From a virus, in IMG/VR virus record IMGVR_UViG_3300037466_003065, positions 32,001-96,000 of that record: DNA of 64,000 nucleotides, one strand, 5' to 3'. Position 1 is the stretch's first letter, and each line of letters starts with the position of its first letter. A model generated the notes under the pieces. It saw only the letters and a program-made list of their open reading frames with translations, made no database searches and was not told the origin of the DNA. The position numbers and the translations under genes were made by a program. Below, piece by piece: positions 26,403 through 36,740 of this stretch.

Positions 26403-27458
26403 ATGACTGACACCACTACCCCACCCAGTGACATCCGGCTCACGCCGGCCGAACGGCTCATGCTGGCCGTGTCCGACCCGGCTCACGCCGGGATCTCCGG
26501 CCAGCTCTACGCCTGGTTGGCCGCCCACTTCGGCCCGGAGGGCTCGGGCGACTACCCGGGCACCGGGCCGCTGGCCCGGGCGTTCTCCGCACACCGGCAC
26601 ACCGTGCTGCGGGCCGAGGAGACGCTGACGGCCATGGGGTGGCTCACGCTCACCGGCGGCCCCGACCGGAAGAAGCTCACGCTGGCGACGCCGGCCAACT
26701 TCCCGGAGGCGAGGGTGGCCGCCCTCCGGGACGCGATGCAGGGCAAGCCGGTGGCCAAGCCGTCGCCCGCACCGCGACCCCCACGCAAGCCCCGCAAACC
26801 TCGCGAGCCCCGCAAGCCGCAAGTCGAGAAGGTCGAGGTGGCGGTGGAGCGGGCCCCCGAGCCGCCCGCGGCCGACGACGTCCTGAGCGAACCGCCGACA
26901 CCCCCACCAGCCGACCCCAAGCCCGCGAAGAAGGCGACGTCGGCAGGGCTCACGGACGAGGAGAAGGCAGCGATCCTCACCGACGTCAACGTGATGGAGC
27001 GATACCTGCTCTGGGGCAAGGCGGCAATCCCAGCCGACGTCGACATCAGCACGCTTGAGCCGGTGGCGACCAACTGGCGCAAGCACCTCGTCGACAGGGA
27101 TCCGAACGTCGACAAGTGGGGCATCCCCGAGTTTATGGGCTTCTACTGGTATTCCGTAAGTCGGTGGCGTACGGCACGCCAGATCCAGCTCACGCTCCCG
27201 ATGTGGAAGCGGATGGCGGGGGACTTCAAGAACCTTCTGGCCACGATGACGAAGGCGGACTTCCACATGTTCATCCGCAACGTCGTCATGCACTTCGACC
27301 TGATCCGGTTTCAACTCCGGAACCTGTCGGCCCAGGTCGCCCTGAATGAGACGTCGCTGAGCACGAAGCTGATCAAGGACACCGCGTTCAACATCGGGCA
27401 GATGGACGAGGCCGGCCTGAACGAGGCGTACGAACAACTGAAAAAGGTCTGGGGCTAA
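26403..27458 (+). CDS. Winged-HTH protein, possible replication initiator or regulator
   Basis: YPGTGPLARAFSAHRHTVLRAEETLTAMGWL resembles the wHTH of phage Rep proteins. Pro/Lys-rich linker. First gene of the replication operon. Confidence 0.65.
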   Translation: MTDTTTPPSDIRLTPAERLMLAVSDPAHAGISGQLYAWLAAHFGPEGSGDYPGTGPLARAFSAHRHTVLRAEETLTAMGWLTLTGGPDRKKLTLATPANFPEARVAALRDAMQGKPVAKPSPAPRPPRKPRKPREPRKPQVEKVEVAVERAPEPPAADDVLSEPPTPPPADPKPAKKATSAGLTDEEKAAILTDVNVMERYLLWGKAAIPADVDISTLEPVATNWRKHLVDRDPNVDKWGIPEFMGFYWYSVSRWRTARQIQLTLPMWKRMAGDFKNLLATMTKADFHMFIRNVVMHFDLIRFQLRNLSAQVALNETSLSTKLIKDTAFNIGQMDEAGLNEAYEQLKKVWG

Positions 27459-27485
27459 CCGAACAAACTTCAACAGGAGAGCATC

Positions 27486-28805
27486 ATGGCATTGGCATCG
27501 AAGAAGAACGACAAGAAGGGCGGCAAGAAGGAGAAGGCCACCAAGGCGAAGGTGGTCACCGCGGGCAAACCGCTCGCCCGCGTCTCGGACACGGCCCGCA
27601 AGCTCGTCCAGGAGGCGATGGACAACCGGTTCGGCGAAGGCACCGTGATCGCCGGCGGCCGGATGGGCACGGGGATCTACCCGTACCAGCTCGAGTCCGG
27701 GTCGCTCGGCCTCGACGGCATCCTCGCCCCCGTCCGCAAGATCGTCGAGACGGACAAGAAGGGCAGCCCGATCGGCGCCAAGTGGCAGCACGGCATCACG
27801 CCGGGCCGTATCGTCGAGATCTACGGCCCCGAGTCCACCGGCAAGACGACGCTCGCCCTCCACTTCATCGCCGCCACCCAGCGGGCCGGCGGCTCGGCCG
27901 CGTTCATCGACATGGAGCACGCGCTCGATCCGGCCTACGCCAAGCAGCTCGGCGTCAACCTCGAAGAGTTGGAGTTCACCCAGCCCGACTACGGCGAGCA
28001 GGCGCTCGAGCAGTGCGAGATGTTCATCCGCTCCGGCTACGCCTGCATCGTCGTCGACTCCGCGGCGGCCCTCGTCCCGAAGGCCGAACTGGAGGGCGAG
28101 ATGGGCGACTCGGCGGTCGGCCTGCAGGCCCGCCTGATGTCGCAGGCCCTGCGGAAGATCTCGTCGCTCCTGGGCCCGCACAAGGCCAACTGCACCGTGA
28201 TCTTCATCAACCAGCTCCGCGAGAAGATCGGCGTGATGTTCGGCAACCCGGAGACGACGCCGGGCGGCCGCGCCCTCCGCTTCTACTCGGGCACCCGGAT
28301 CGAGGTGCGTCGCGGCGACGCGATCAAGCTGAAGGTCAACGACGTCGAGAAGCAGGTCGGTCACCGCTTCCGGATGAAGACGATCAAGAACAAGACCCGC
28401 CCGCCGTACCAGGACGCGGAGTCGAGCCTGATCTACGGCCACGGCCTGCACGTCGTCGAGGAGCTCTACGACCTCGCCGAGGGCCTGGGCCTGTTCACGG
28501 CGAGCGGCCACTTCCGCAAGTTCAGCGGCACCTCGCTGGGTAATGGGCGGGCCGCCTGCGTCGCCACCCTCCAGAGCAACCCCCAGCTCCGATGGGCCGT
28601 CTACGACGCGTACTGGACGAAGTTCAACGCGATCCAGGGCCTCCACCCGGACGGCAGCCCGATCGAGGGGTTCGTCCACAAGAACGTCCCGACGCTCAAC
28701 ACCACGTTCGACAGCAATGCCGCCGCTGCTGCCGATCCCGAGCCGACCGCCGGGGAGTTCGAGGAGGACGGTGACGACGTCGAGAGTATCGAGGGGGCCG
28801 AGTGA
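27486..28805 (+). CDS. recA: RecA recombinase (bacterial type, Lys-rich N-terminal extension)
   Basis: GRIVEIYGPESTGKTTLAL, AFIDMEHALDP, VVDSAAAL, QARLMSQALRK, IFINQLREKIGVMFGNPETTPGGRALRFY. Confidence 0.97.
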   Translation: MALASKKNDKKGGKKEKATKAKVVTAGKPLARVSDTARKLVQEAMDNRFGEGTVIAGGRMGTGIYPYQLESGSLGLDGILAPVRKIVETDKKGSPIGAKWQHGITPGRIVEIYGPESTGKTTLALHFIAATQRAGGSAAFIDMEHALDPAYAKQLGVNLEELEFTQPDYGEQALEQCEMFIRSGYACIVVDSAAALVPKAELEGEMGDSAVGLQARLMSQALRKISSLLGPHKANCTVIFINQLREKIGVMFGNPETTPGGRALRFYSGTRIEVRRGDAIKLKVNDVEKQVGHRFRMKTIKNKTRPPYQDAESSLIYGHGLHVVEELYDLAEGLGLFTASGHFRKFSGTSLGNGRAACVATLQSNPQLRWAVYDAYWTKFNAIQGLHPDGSPIEGFVHKNVPTLNTTFDSNAAAAADPEPTAGEFEEDGDDVESIEGAE

Positions 28806-29221
28806 GCTTCGGCAAGAAGAAGAACCTTCACCCCGCGCGTCGGGAGACCGCCTCCGAGCTACACCGCTTCACCCTCGGCCTGGCTCGGGAGGCGTTCCCG
28901 ATGTTCACGCTGCTCGAAGAGCAGACGATTGAAGTTCGGCAGAACGGCAAGCCGAAGACCCTGTTCGTCGACATCGTGATCAGGGAGCTATGCGTCTGCA
29001 TCGAGTGCCAGGGTCGTCAGCACGACGAGCACGTCCCCTACTTCCACAAGACGCAGGCCGACTTCAACCGGGCCAAGGAACGCGACGCCCTGAAGACCGA
29101 AGCCATCTACGAGTGCGGCATGGTGGTGGTCTACGTCTACGAGAACGAGAAGAACAAACTCACCAAGGCCCAGTTGGAACGCCGCATCCTGCAGGCCCTG
29201 AAGGCGAAGAAGGCACAATGA
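28802..29221 (+). CDS. DUF559/Vsr-like PD-(D/E)xK endonuclease
   Basis: LFVDIVIRELCVCIECQGRQHD...RDALK...GMVVVYVY. Confidence 0.75.
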   Translation: MSFGKKKNLHPARRETASELHRFTLGLAREAFPMFTLLEEQTIEVRQNGKPKTLFVDIVIRELCVCIECQGRQHDEHVPYFHKTQADFNRAKERDALKTEAIYECGMVVVYVYENEKNKLTKAQLERRILQALKAKKAQ

Positions 29222-30489
29222 ACGCGACGGACAGTGAGATCGGATCATTCATCGAGATGACGCAGGGAGGGGCCGGCACCCAGGCCACGTTTGCCCCGCC
29301 CGTTCCGCAGGAGAACCCTCCGGCGGCCAAGGCGGCACAGCAACAGCCCGCTGCACCGCAGCAGCCGGCCCCTCCCGCGGCCGCGCCCCAGAAGCCGATC
29401 ACGGGCAACGGGCTCCTGCCCCCGCTCGTGCCGGGCGGCTCGGTCTCGGTGACGTCGCTGGGGGCGACGCCCAATTCGCCACCCTCGACCGGCCAGACCA
29501 CGTTCCAGACCCAGCCGCCCAAGCCGGCCGGCCCGCTCGTCCACGACGTGCTGAAGGCCAGCGGGACTCCGGCCGGGCACGTCCCGCCCCAGCAACAGCT
29601 CACGCCGGGGCAGGCCGCCGACATCACGCAGGCGTTCGCCGAGCAGCAGAACGGCACCATGGCGGCCCTGCCGCACATGGATCCGGACGACCCCATGGTG
29701 CCCGGCGCCGGCGAGGTCGTGGAGGAGGGTGACTTCGAGTACGACGACGCCCCCAGCCAGATCGCGGAGCTCGCCCGGCGTCAGGCCACGCAAGCCGTCG
29801 CCAAGCAGGAGGATCAGCGGGCGACCACGGCCATTCAGCAGGTCGCCGGCACGCCGCTCCGCACCCCGGGCGGCACCGTACCGCCCGCCCCGACCGCGGG
29901 CAACCTGCCCGACCGGCCACTGTTCGAGCCGCAGGCCGTCACCGTGGGCAACGGCACCGAGTCGGTCGCCGACACGGACGGCACGCTCAAGCGGGTGGCC
30001 CGTGACATCAAGCAGCTCCGGTTGGCGATCGGCCTGGCCCTGCTCGACGACCCGGACGCCTACGACCCGGCGAACGCCGTGCACGTCGCACTCCACACGA
30101 TCCGCTGGAACACCGAGGGGCTGTTCGAAATGACGCCCCACGACCTGTGCAAGATCGAGGTGCTGCTCGCCGGCCACCACGTCTACATGCAGGGGCTGGA
30201 GAAGGAGTGGGCCGCCCACAACCGGACGTACACCGAGGAGCTGGAGAAGTGCCTGCGTAACGCCCGCGATGGCTATCCGGGCGGCACGAAGCAGGAGAAG
30301 GAGGACGCGGCCGTGCTGGCCGACAAGAACCTCTCCAACCTCCGGCTCCAGACCGTGCGAGCCCGCGCGATCGCCACCGTGCTCGAGGGGGCCGGCGAGG
30401 CGTTCAGCCAGTACGAGAACAGCCTCAAGCGTGCGATCTCCCTCTCGATCCACGAGTACACCCAGAACCCGAACCGTCGCGTTAGCTGA
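29218..30489 (+). CDS. Hypothetical protein: Pro/Ala/Gln-rich N-terminus and C-terminal coiled coil resembling UvsY-like recombination mediators
   Basis: ATG 29218 (ATGA overlap). KEDAAVLADKNLSNLRLQ...VLEGAGEAFSQYENSLKR. Lies between recA and dnaB. Confidence 0.6.
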   Translation: MNATDSEIGSFIEMTQGGAGTQATFAPPVPQENPPAAKAAQQQPAAPQQPAPPAAAPQKPITGNGLLPPLVPGGSVSVTSLGATPNSPPSTGQTTFQTQPPKPAGPLVHDVLKASGTPAGHVPPQQQLTPGQAADITQAFAEQQNGTMAALPHMDPDDPMVPGAGEVVEEGDFEYDDAPSQIAELARRQATQAVAKQEDQRATTAIQQVAGTPLRTPGGTVPPAPTAGNLPDRPLFEPQAVTVGNGTESVADTDGTLKRVARDIKQLRLAIGLALLDDPDAYDPANAVHVALHTIRWNTEGLFEMTPHDLCKIEVLLAGHHVYMQGLEKEWAAHNRTYTEELEKCLRNARDGYPGGTKQEKEDAAVLADKNLSNLRLQTVRARAIATVLEGAGEAFSQYENSLKRAISLSIHEYTQNPNRRVS

Positions 30490-32270
30490 TGTCACAACTC
30501 GCTCACGTCATTCAGAAGAACCAACTCCAGCAGGAGGAGTTCGTTCTTTACGACCACTCGACCGAGCGGGCGTTCCTCTGCTGCCTCATGGTCAAGCCCG
30601 ACCTGATCATCGAGGCGGAACGGACACTGCAGCCCGAAGCGGTCTACCAACCCCTCAACCGGTACGTGTACCAGGTCATGCTGTACATCTACCGGAACGC
30701 GGCCCAGCACGGGTGGCCGCTGCAGTTCGACCCGATGTCCATGATGAGCGTGGCCCAGTACATGGGCCAGAACTTCGTCCGCAACTTCCTTGAGAAGACG
30801 GACGGGATGCAGCAGGTGCGGGACATTGAGGCCCTGAAGCACCACATCCGCATCGAGCAGTTCCAGCACTACGTCCAGATCCTGATCGACCGTTCGACCC
30901 GGGTCGAGATCTACCGCAGGGCCCGGCAGATGCAGGAGGCGGCCCTGAACTTCGCCCAGTACCCGCTAGCCGAGCAGATCGCGTCGGAGGCCGGGTCGGA
31001 GCTGGGGAAGCTGGCCTTCCGCGGCGGGAACGAGACCGACTCGCGGATCACGAAGATGTCCGACGCCGAGGCCGGCTACATCGGCAAGGTCACGGTCAAC
31101 CACGACAACCCCGACAAGGGCCTGTTCAGCGTCACCTGCAACCTGTTCCCGTTCCTGATGAACAAGATGAACGGCGGGTATCGCCGCCGGGGCCTGACCA
31201 TGGTCTGCGCCCGGCCGAAGGTCGGCAAGTCGAGCTGGCTCTTGGCCAACGCGGTTCAGATGGCCGTCGTGCAGCAGATCCCCGTGCTGTACATCGACAC
31301 GGAAATGAGCCGCGAGGAAATGTTCGGACGCGGGATCGCCCACGTGTCGGGCATCCAGGAGTTCGACATCATGCGGGGCATCTTCCTCGACGAGGGGAAC
31401 GGTGAGATGGCCACCCATCTTGAGGCCGGCCTCGGGTTGATGCGTCGGTCGCCCCTGTATTACGTGAACATCGCGGGCAAGCCGATCCACTTCGTCCAGT
31501 CGGTCATGCGGCAGTTCCGCAACCAGCACGTCGGGACGACCGAGGTGACGTCCCGCGACGGCCAGACGCTGACGTTCTCGAACCGGGCGGCCGTGATCTA
31601 CGACTGGCTCAAGCTGCCCGACCCCGGGTCGTTGAAGCAGGCGGCCGAACACCAGATGCTCGGGTTCGCGGCGTCGGCGATCAAAGACGCTGCGAACGAA
31701 CTGGATCTTCCGGTCATCGCCGGCGCCCAGAACAACCGCGGGGCTATCGGTATGGATACCGACGAGTGGGAGGAGATGGGCGAGGGCGTCGTCGCCGGCT
31801 CCGACCGGATCGCCCAGTTCTGCACCATGCTCTGCGTGTTGCGGAACGTCGTCCCTGCCGAAGAGCAACTGATCCGGGCCAACCTCGCCAAGTACCTGCG
31901 GAAGGATGGGGAGCGGAAGTTCGAGGCCGAGACCGGACTTTGGACGTACGAGGGCAAGGAGCTGGAGGGCCACGCGGCCCTGCCCTACAACCAGATGCTG
32001 CACATCTTCCTGCAGCGGGGTGGCCCCGACTACCGCCGCGGCATCCCCCTCTACCTCGACCGTGGGCGTGCCCGTTACGAGGAGTTGGCACTCAAGCGGT
32101 GCTCGGACAACACGTACGCGAGGGCGAAGAACGGATGGTTCTCGGGGGAGGAAAACCGAATCCTCCAGTTCACCCGCGAGCGGCAGAAGGCTCTCCACAC
32201 CGAGAAGACATCAAAGGCGGCCAAGCTGCCGGGCGGCGGGGCCCCGGACACCGCATCGGTTGCAGGCTAA
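30489..32270 (+). CDS. dnaB: DnaB-like replicative helicase
   Basis: N-terminal STERAFLCCLM, Walker A ARPKVGKSS, LYIDTEMS, VIYDWLKL, VIAGAQNNR, GSDRIAQFC. Confidence 0.88.
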   Translation: MSQLAHVIQKNQLQQEEFVLYDHSTERAFLCCLMVKPDLIIEAERTLQPEAVYQPLNRYVYQVMLYIYRNAAQHGWPLQFDPMSMMSVAQYMGQNFVRNFLEKTDGMQQVRDIEALKHHIRIEQFQHYVQILIDRSTRVEIYRRARQMQEAALNFAQYPLAEQIASEAGSELGKLAFRGGNETDSRITKMSDAEAGYIGKVTVNHDNPDKGLFSVTCNLFPFLMNKMNGGYRRRGLTMVCARPKVGKSSWLLANAVQMAVVQQIPVLYIDTEMSREEMFGRGIAHVSGIQEFDIMRGIFLDEGNGEMATHLEAGLGLMRRSPLYYVNIAGKPIHFVQSVMRQFRNQHVGTTEVTSRDGQTLTFSNRAAVIYDWLKLPDPGSLKQAAEHQMLGFAASAIKDAANELDLPVIAGAQNNRGAIGMDTDEWEEMGEGVVAGSDRIAQFCTMLCVLRNVVPAEEQLIRANLAKYLRKDGERKFEAETGLWTYEGKELEGHAALPYNQMLHIFLQRGGPDYRRGIPLYLDRGRARYEELALKRCSDNTYARAKNGWFSGEENRILQFTRERQKALHTEKTSKAAKLPGGGAPDTASVAG

Positions 32271-33452
32271 ATGGCGATCATCGTTCACAACTACTGGACG
32301 CGACTGGCCGACCAGGTGTTGGCCCAGTACGTCGCCCACCCGCACCTGATCGAGTCGCTACTGACGAAGATCGGCGTGCAGGAGATGCACCACGATCACG
32401 GGAAGGACATCCGGTGCCCGTGCCCCATTCACGGGGGCACGAAGCTGGAGAACTTCCGGATCTGGTATCACCTGGGCGTCCCGCGGTGGCGGTGCTTCAG
32501 CGGGTCGTGTGGCAACGGCGACCTGGTCAAGCTGCTCCGGCTGAAGTACGGCGCCAGCTACTCACAGGCCGTCGTCTCGCTCGCCCGGCTCGCCGGCATG
32601 CAGGTGGACGGCATGAGCGTCCACGTCCCGGTGGAGACCCTTCAGGAGGAGTCGATCTCGGCGATGGAGCGGCGGCTGGGCATCCACCGCAAGACGGAGG
32701 AGCCCAAGACCTTCCCGGAGGAGATGAACGAGCGTGCCCAGCGGTTCCTCGGGAACCGGCAGAACGTGCACGTGCAGGAGTATTTGACCGGGCCGATCAC
32801 CCAGCGTGCCCGGTGGGGTGAGAAGTGCCGCCAGCTCCCCTACGACATCATCAGGCAGTTCGAGATGGGCTTCGTCCCTGCCCGGTCGTGGATCTACGAG
32901 GATCCGAACGAGAAGGACAGGCGGGGGCAGCCCAAGCAGAAGGGGTGGTTCGTCGACCGCATCAGCGTCCCGTGGCGAATGCCGGACGGGCGACTGATCG
33001 GCTTCGCCGGCCGGCGGGTCGACGGGCAGAAGGACAAGAAGTGGCACACGCTCTTCGGCACGAAGAAGTCCATGACGTTCTACGGCCTGCACTACCCGCA
33101 GACCTTGGAGATGATCCGGGCGACCCGCCAGGTCATCCTCGTCGAGGGCTACACCGACGTGATGCGGGCGTGGCAGTTCGGACTCTTTAACACGATCAGC
33201 GGCGGCGGCACGGAGCTGAGCGAGGAGCAGATGCGACTCCTCGCCCAGTTCGACCTCGCCCGCGCGTTCACCTACATGGACGGGGACGACGCCGGCCAGA
33301 TCGCGACTCAGACCATCGGGAGGCAGCTCTCGCGAATTACCAATGTCTTTAACGCCATTCCGCCGATTGATTGTGATCCCAGCGATTTAGTCGATTTTGA
33401 CTCATTCATTCAGCCGCTCAAGGCGGCACTTCAATTCACTCCAAAGGAGTAG
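32271..33452 (+). CDS. dnaG: DNA primase (Zn finger plus TOPRIM)
   Basis: CPCPIH...WRCFSGSCG, RISVPWRMPDGRLIGFAGR, ILVEGYTDV, DGDDAG. Confidence 0.92.
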   Translation: MAIIVHNYWTRLADQVLAQYVAHPHLIESLLTKIGVQEMHHDHGKDIRCPCPIHGGTKLENFRIWYHLGVPRWRCFSGSCGNGDLVKLLRLKYGASYSQAVVSLARLAGMQVDGMSVHVPVETLQEESISAMERRLGIHRKTEEPKTFPEEMNERAQRFLGNRQNVHVQEYLTGPITQRARWGEKCRQLPYDIIRQFEMGFVPARSWIYEDPNEKDRRGQPKQKGWFVDRISVPWRMPDGRLIGFAGRRVDGQKDKKWHTLFGTKKSMTFYGLHYPQTLEMIRATRQVILVEGYTDVMRAWQFGLFNTISGGGTELSEEQMRLLAQFDLARAFTYMDGDDAGQIATQTIGRQLSRITNVFNAIPPIDCDPSDLVDFDSFIQPLKAALQFTPKE

Positions 33453-33457
33453 CTCAG

Positions 33458-34333
33458 ATGAACGGTAACGGCATCCAGTTCCCCTACGAAAACAACTGCG
33501 TCCTCGCCGGGCAGGTCGCCCCGAAGAAGCAGGGCGAGAACCCCATCCAGTACAAGGCCGGCCAGAACGGCGGCCCCGGTCGCGTGATCGTCTCCATCAA
33601 GATGAAGCGCGAGTGGAACAAGAACGGCCAGGTCGAGCGGCGCATCCAGTTCGTCCGCCTCGTCGGCTACGGGCAGGCCGGTAAGTTCCTGCAGGACAAC
33701 CTCCAGCCGGGCATGTTCGTCCGCTTCAAGGGCGAGTTCAAGATGTCCTGGTTCAAGGTGCAGCAGGGCCCCGAGGCCGGCCAGTTCAAGCCCAACATCG
33801 AGTTCATCCTCGGCCGGCCCGAGCAGCAGGGCGGCAACCCCCCGATCTCCTGCATCGGCAACGGCCCCATCGAGTTCGAGCAGGCCACCAACAACCAGCA
33901 GGGTGGCGGCAACTTCAACAACAACGGTGGCGGCAACGGCTTCAACAACGGCAACAACGGCGGCGGGTTCAACGGCGGCGGGAACGGCTTCAACAACGGC
34001 GGTGGGAACCAGCAGGGCGGCTTCCAGAACGGCGGCAACCAGGGCGGGTTCAACAGCCAGCAGGGCAACGGCAACAACGGGAACTTCAACAACGGCGGCG
34101 CCCAGCAGAACGGGAACGGCGGCGGCTTCAACCAAGGCCAGCAGCAGAACCAGCAGGGCAACGGCGGCGGCAACGGGTTCCAGGGTTCGACGATGCCCCA
34201 GCAGGGCCAGAACCAGGGCTTCAACGGCGGCGGCCAGTTCCAGAACAACGGCGGCCAGCAGCAGGGCAACGGTGGCGGGCAGGGCGGGAATGGCGGGCAG
34301 GGCAACTTTCGCCAGGACGACATTCCGTTCTAG
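33458..34333 (+). CDS. ssb: Single-stranded DNA-binding protein with long G/N/Q-rich tail
   Basis: OB fold (NCVLAGQV...FVRLVGYG...LQPGMFVRFKGEF), about 165 aa low-complexity linker, acidic tip DDIPF. Confidence 0.9.
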   Translation: MNGNGIQFPYENNCVLAGQVAPKKQGENPIQYKAGQNGGPGRVIVSIKMKREWNKNGQVERRIQFVRLVGYGQAGKFLQDNLQPGMFVRFKGEFKMSWFKVQQGPEAGQFKPNIEFILGRPEQQGGNPPISCIGNGPIEFEQATNNQQGGGNFNNNGGGNGFNNGNNGGGFNGGGNGFNNGGGNQQGGFQNGGNQGGFNSQQGNGNNGNFNNGGAQQNGNGGGFNQGQQQNQQGNGGGNGFQGSTMPQQGQNQGFNGGGQFQNNGGQQQGNGGGQGGNGGQGNFRQDDIPF

Positions 34334-34455
34334 CAGCATCTTGCTAGAGGATGCCACCGATCGACTGAACGCAACTCAGGGGCTGCCTTACGGCTCCCCT
34401 GAGTTGCAGGCTGTGGTCGACGAGCTCGTCGACCTGCTTAGGAAAGGATTTTGAC

Positions 34456-34686
34456 ATGATCACCAGCAACACCCACACCCACACCGTCAGCGTCTGCCTT
34501 CGCCAGCTCGAGACCGGCCGCGAACTTCTGCCCGACTGCGGTCGCGGCCTCGTTAAGGCCGAGGCCGAGAAGCGTAACCCGGGCGTTGCAATCGCCGCGA
34601 TCATCCTGATCTCGAGTTACGTCGACCGCGTCGCCGGCCGCATCGAGTACACCTGGGAAGTCATCCACGCCGAACAGGGGGCTTGA
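34456..34686 (+). CDS. Hypothetical protein (76 aa)
   Basis: RBS AAAGGA, operon context. Confidence 0.5.
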   Translation: MITSNTHTHTVSVCLRQLETGRELLPDCGRGLVKAEAEKRNPGVAIAAIILISSYVDRVAGRIEYTWEVIHAEQGA

Positions 34687-34688
34687 AC

Positions 34689-35336
34689 ATGCGAGTTCTT
34701 GGAGTTGACCAGTCCCTGAACGCCACAGGCTTCGTGGTGCTCGACAACGGGACGGAGATCGTGGCCCAGAAGACGTTCCTCCTGGAGAAGGAAGAAGGGG
34801 TCGCCCGGTACGCCCGGATCCACGAGGTGGCTGACAATCTCGGCGCGTGGATCGGGGATCACGATCCCGACATCGTGTGCATGGAGGATTACGCCTTCAT
34901 GGCCGCGTCGGCGTCGATCGTACCGCTGATCGAACTGGGTGGCTCCATGCGGCTCGAGGCGTATCGCCGCGGGTACCACATGTCCCGCGCCACGGTGGCC
35001 GGCGGGCATAAGGCCCTGGTCATCCAGAACCAGTCGTCCATGAAGAAGTTCATGTTCGGCAAGGGCGACACGAAGAAGGACTCGGCCTATCTGCTGAAGG
35101 TGCTCGACATCACGGGCGTCCGGTTCGCCGACGACAACGTGGCCGACGCCTTCATGCACGCCCAGCTCACCACCTTCTACGCGAAGGTCGTCAGGGGCGA
35201 GATCCTGATGTCCAGCCTGAAGCGCGAGCAGCAGCTCGTCCTGTTGGGCAAGTTCATCAAGGGGACGAAGAAGATGAGCGAGGCCAAGGCCCTCGCGATG
35301 TCCGACGAAGAGAAGGCTCAACACGCGAGGCTGTAG
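34689..35336 (+). CDS. ruvC: RuvC-like Holliday junction resolvase
   Basis: MRVLGVDQSLNATG, IVCMEDY, SSMKKFMFGKGDTKKD, DDNVADAF. Confidence 0.85.
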   Translation: MRVLGVDQSLNATGFVVLDNGTEIVAQKTFLLEKEEGVARYARIHEVADNLGAWIGDHDPDIVCMEDYAFMAASASIVPLIELGGSMRLEAYRRGYHMSRATVAGGHKALVIQNQSSMKKFMFGKGDTKKDSAYLLKVLDITGVRFADDNVADAFMHAQLTTFYAKVVRGEILMSSLKREQQLVLLGKFIKGTKKMSEAKALAMSDEEKAQHARL

Positions 35337-35339
35337 ACG

Positions 35340-35825
35340 GTGGCTGGCTTTCCGAAGCATGAGATCAAGTTCAAGCCGGCGATGTGTCACCCTGACAAGC
35401 CGGCTTGGGCCCGTGGCCTGTGCAAGAACTGCTACAACAAATGGCTCCTGGCCAACAACCCCGCATACAAGGCGAAGCAGCAAGAGAACACTGACAGGTG
35501 GCACAAGAAGCACCCCGAACGGGTCTCGGGCCACAAGAAGAAGTGGGAGAAGGCAAACGGTAAGGCCGCATCCCGCCGCAAGGTGCTTCAGCAATACGAC
35601 CTCACTGAGGCCGACTACCAGCGGATGCTCACAAAGCAGGGAGGCGTCTGTCAGATCTGCCTGCAGCCGCCCAAGCCTGGTAAGTCGTTACATGTCGACC
35701 ACTGCCACGAGTCGGGGCGTGTCCGGGGTCTGCTTTGTTTCCGCTGTAACTTTGGTTTGAGCTGGTTTGCCGAGTCTGCCGAACGAATGGAGCGGGCGGT
35801 CGCCCACCTGAAAGGAACATCATGA
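35340..35825 (+). CDS. Endonuclease VII-like HNH nuclease
   Basis: YDLTEADYQRML..QGGVCQIC...LHVDHCHESGRVRGLLCFRCN. Confidence 0.88.
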   Translation: MAGFPKHEIKFKPAMCHPDKPAWARGLCKNCYNKWLLANNPAYKAKQQENTDRWHKKHPERVSGHKKKWEKANGKAASRRKVLQQYDLTEADYQRMLTKQGGVCQICLQPPKPGKSLHVDHCHESGRVRGLLCFRCNFGLSWFAESAERMERAVAHLKGTS

Positions 35826-36295
35826 GCGAAGTATTGAAGAGCGATAAGCCGGAGCGTGAATTTGGCACCGGCGCCATTCGCGACAACGCCGAGGGCAAGG
35901 GTCGCTTCGACCTCGTCCCTTGGACTGCGATCTGGGATTTGGCGAAGTACCAGGAGGTCGCATCGAAGCGGTACCCCTCCGACAACTGGAGGCACGGGAT
36001 CCCGCTGCGCACGTTCCTCGACTCGGCCCTGCGTCACCTGATCAAGCTGACGCTCGGCATGCAGGACGAGGATCACTGGGCGGCGGCCATGTGGAACCTC
36101 ACGTGCATGCGTGAGACCTACTACATGGTCAAGCTCGGGAAGATCCCCCAATTCGTCGACGACCCCAAGAATCCGGGCAAGCAGATCGACCTCCTCGACC
36201 TGCCGGCCTGGTTCGACATGGCGACGGTGACCAAGGACAACAGGCTGGTGCTCCGCGAGGAGCCGAAACTGCCAGCGGGCAGCCCGCCTCTGTAA
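35822..36295 (+). CDS. dATP/dGTP diphosphohydrolase-like protein (DUF5664 family)
   Basis: FGTGAIRD..GKGRFDLVP...KRYPSDNWRHGIP...DSALRHL...EDHWAAAMWN. Confidence 0.85.
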   Translation: MSEVLKSDKPEREFGTGAIRDNAEGKGRFDLVPWTAIWDLAKYQEVASKRYPSDNWRHGIPLRTFLDSALRHLIKLTLGMQDEDHWAAAMWNLTCMRETYYMVKLGKIPQFVDDPKNPGKQIDLLDLPAWFDMATVTKDNRLVLREEPKLPAGSPPL

Positions 36296-36319
36296 CTATT
36301 CGCCCAGAAGGAAGGCATC

Positions 36320-36724
36320 ATGGAAGAAGAGATCAAGAAGCTGCCACGGTACGTCAAGACCTGGCTGAGCGGCCTGAAGCTGCTCACGCCGGACATGATC
36401 CAGGCCGCACCGCTCACGATGTGCGACCGCCGGGATCTGATCCAGGCGTACATGTTCCACCGCAACGTGCCCGTCGCCCAGGCCCAAGCAGAACTACGGA
36501 CGCTCGACGAGATCATCGTCGCGCTGTGCAAGCACGACGACATCACCAACGGCGAAGTCAAGCGGGTGAAGCAGCTCATGGAGAACAAGCATAGGGATAC
36601 GGGCAACTTCACCGCCGAAGAGGTCGCGTACGTCCTCCAGCTCAACACGAAGTACCTGTGCACGCCCAAGCGGCCCCCGGTCGGCGAGGGCAGCCCCACC
36701 AGCATGATCCCCGACCTCGGTTAA
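36320..36724 (+). CDS. Hypothetical protein (134 aa)
   Basis: RBS GAAGG, operon context. Confidence 0.7.
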   Translation: MEEEIKKLPRYVKTWLSGLKLLTPDMIQAAPLTMCDRRDLIQAYMFHRNVPVAQAQAELRTLDEIIVALCKHDDITNGEVKRVKQLMENKHRDTGNFTAEEVAYVLQLNTKYLCTPKRPPVGEGSPTSMIPDLG

Positions 36725-36740
36725 TCGGAAGGAATCTCCC

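Noticed and set aside
34341-34454. Possible 37-aa ORF after ssb
   Set aside because: TTG start without an RBS and no motif; insufficient support.
35822-36295. 2-aminoadenine (Z-base) genome inferred from the dATP/dGTP diphosphohydrolase
   Set aside because: No PurZ or DatZ is visible here, and DUF5664 is widespread in ordinary phages.
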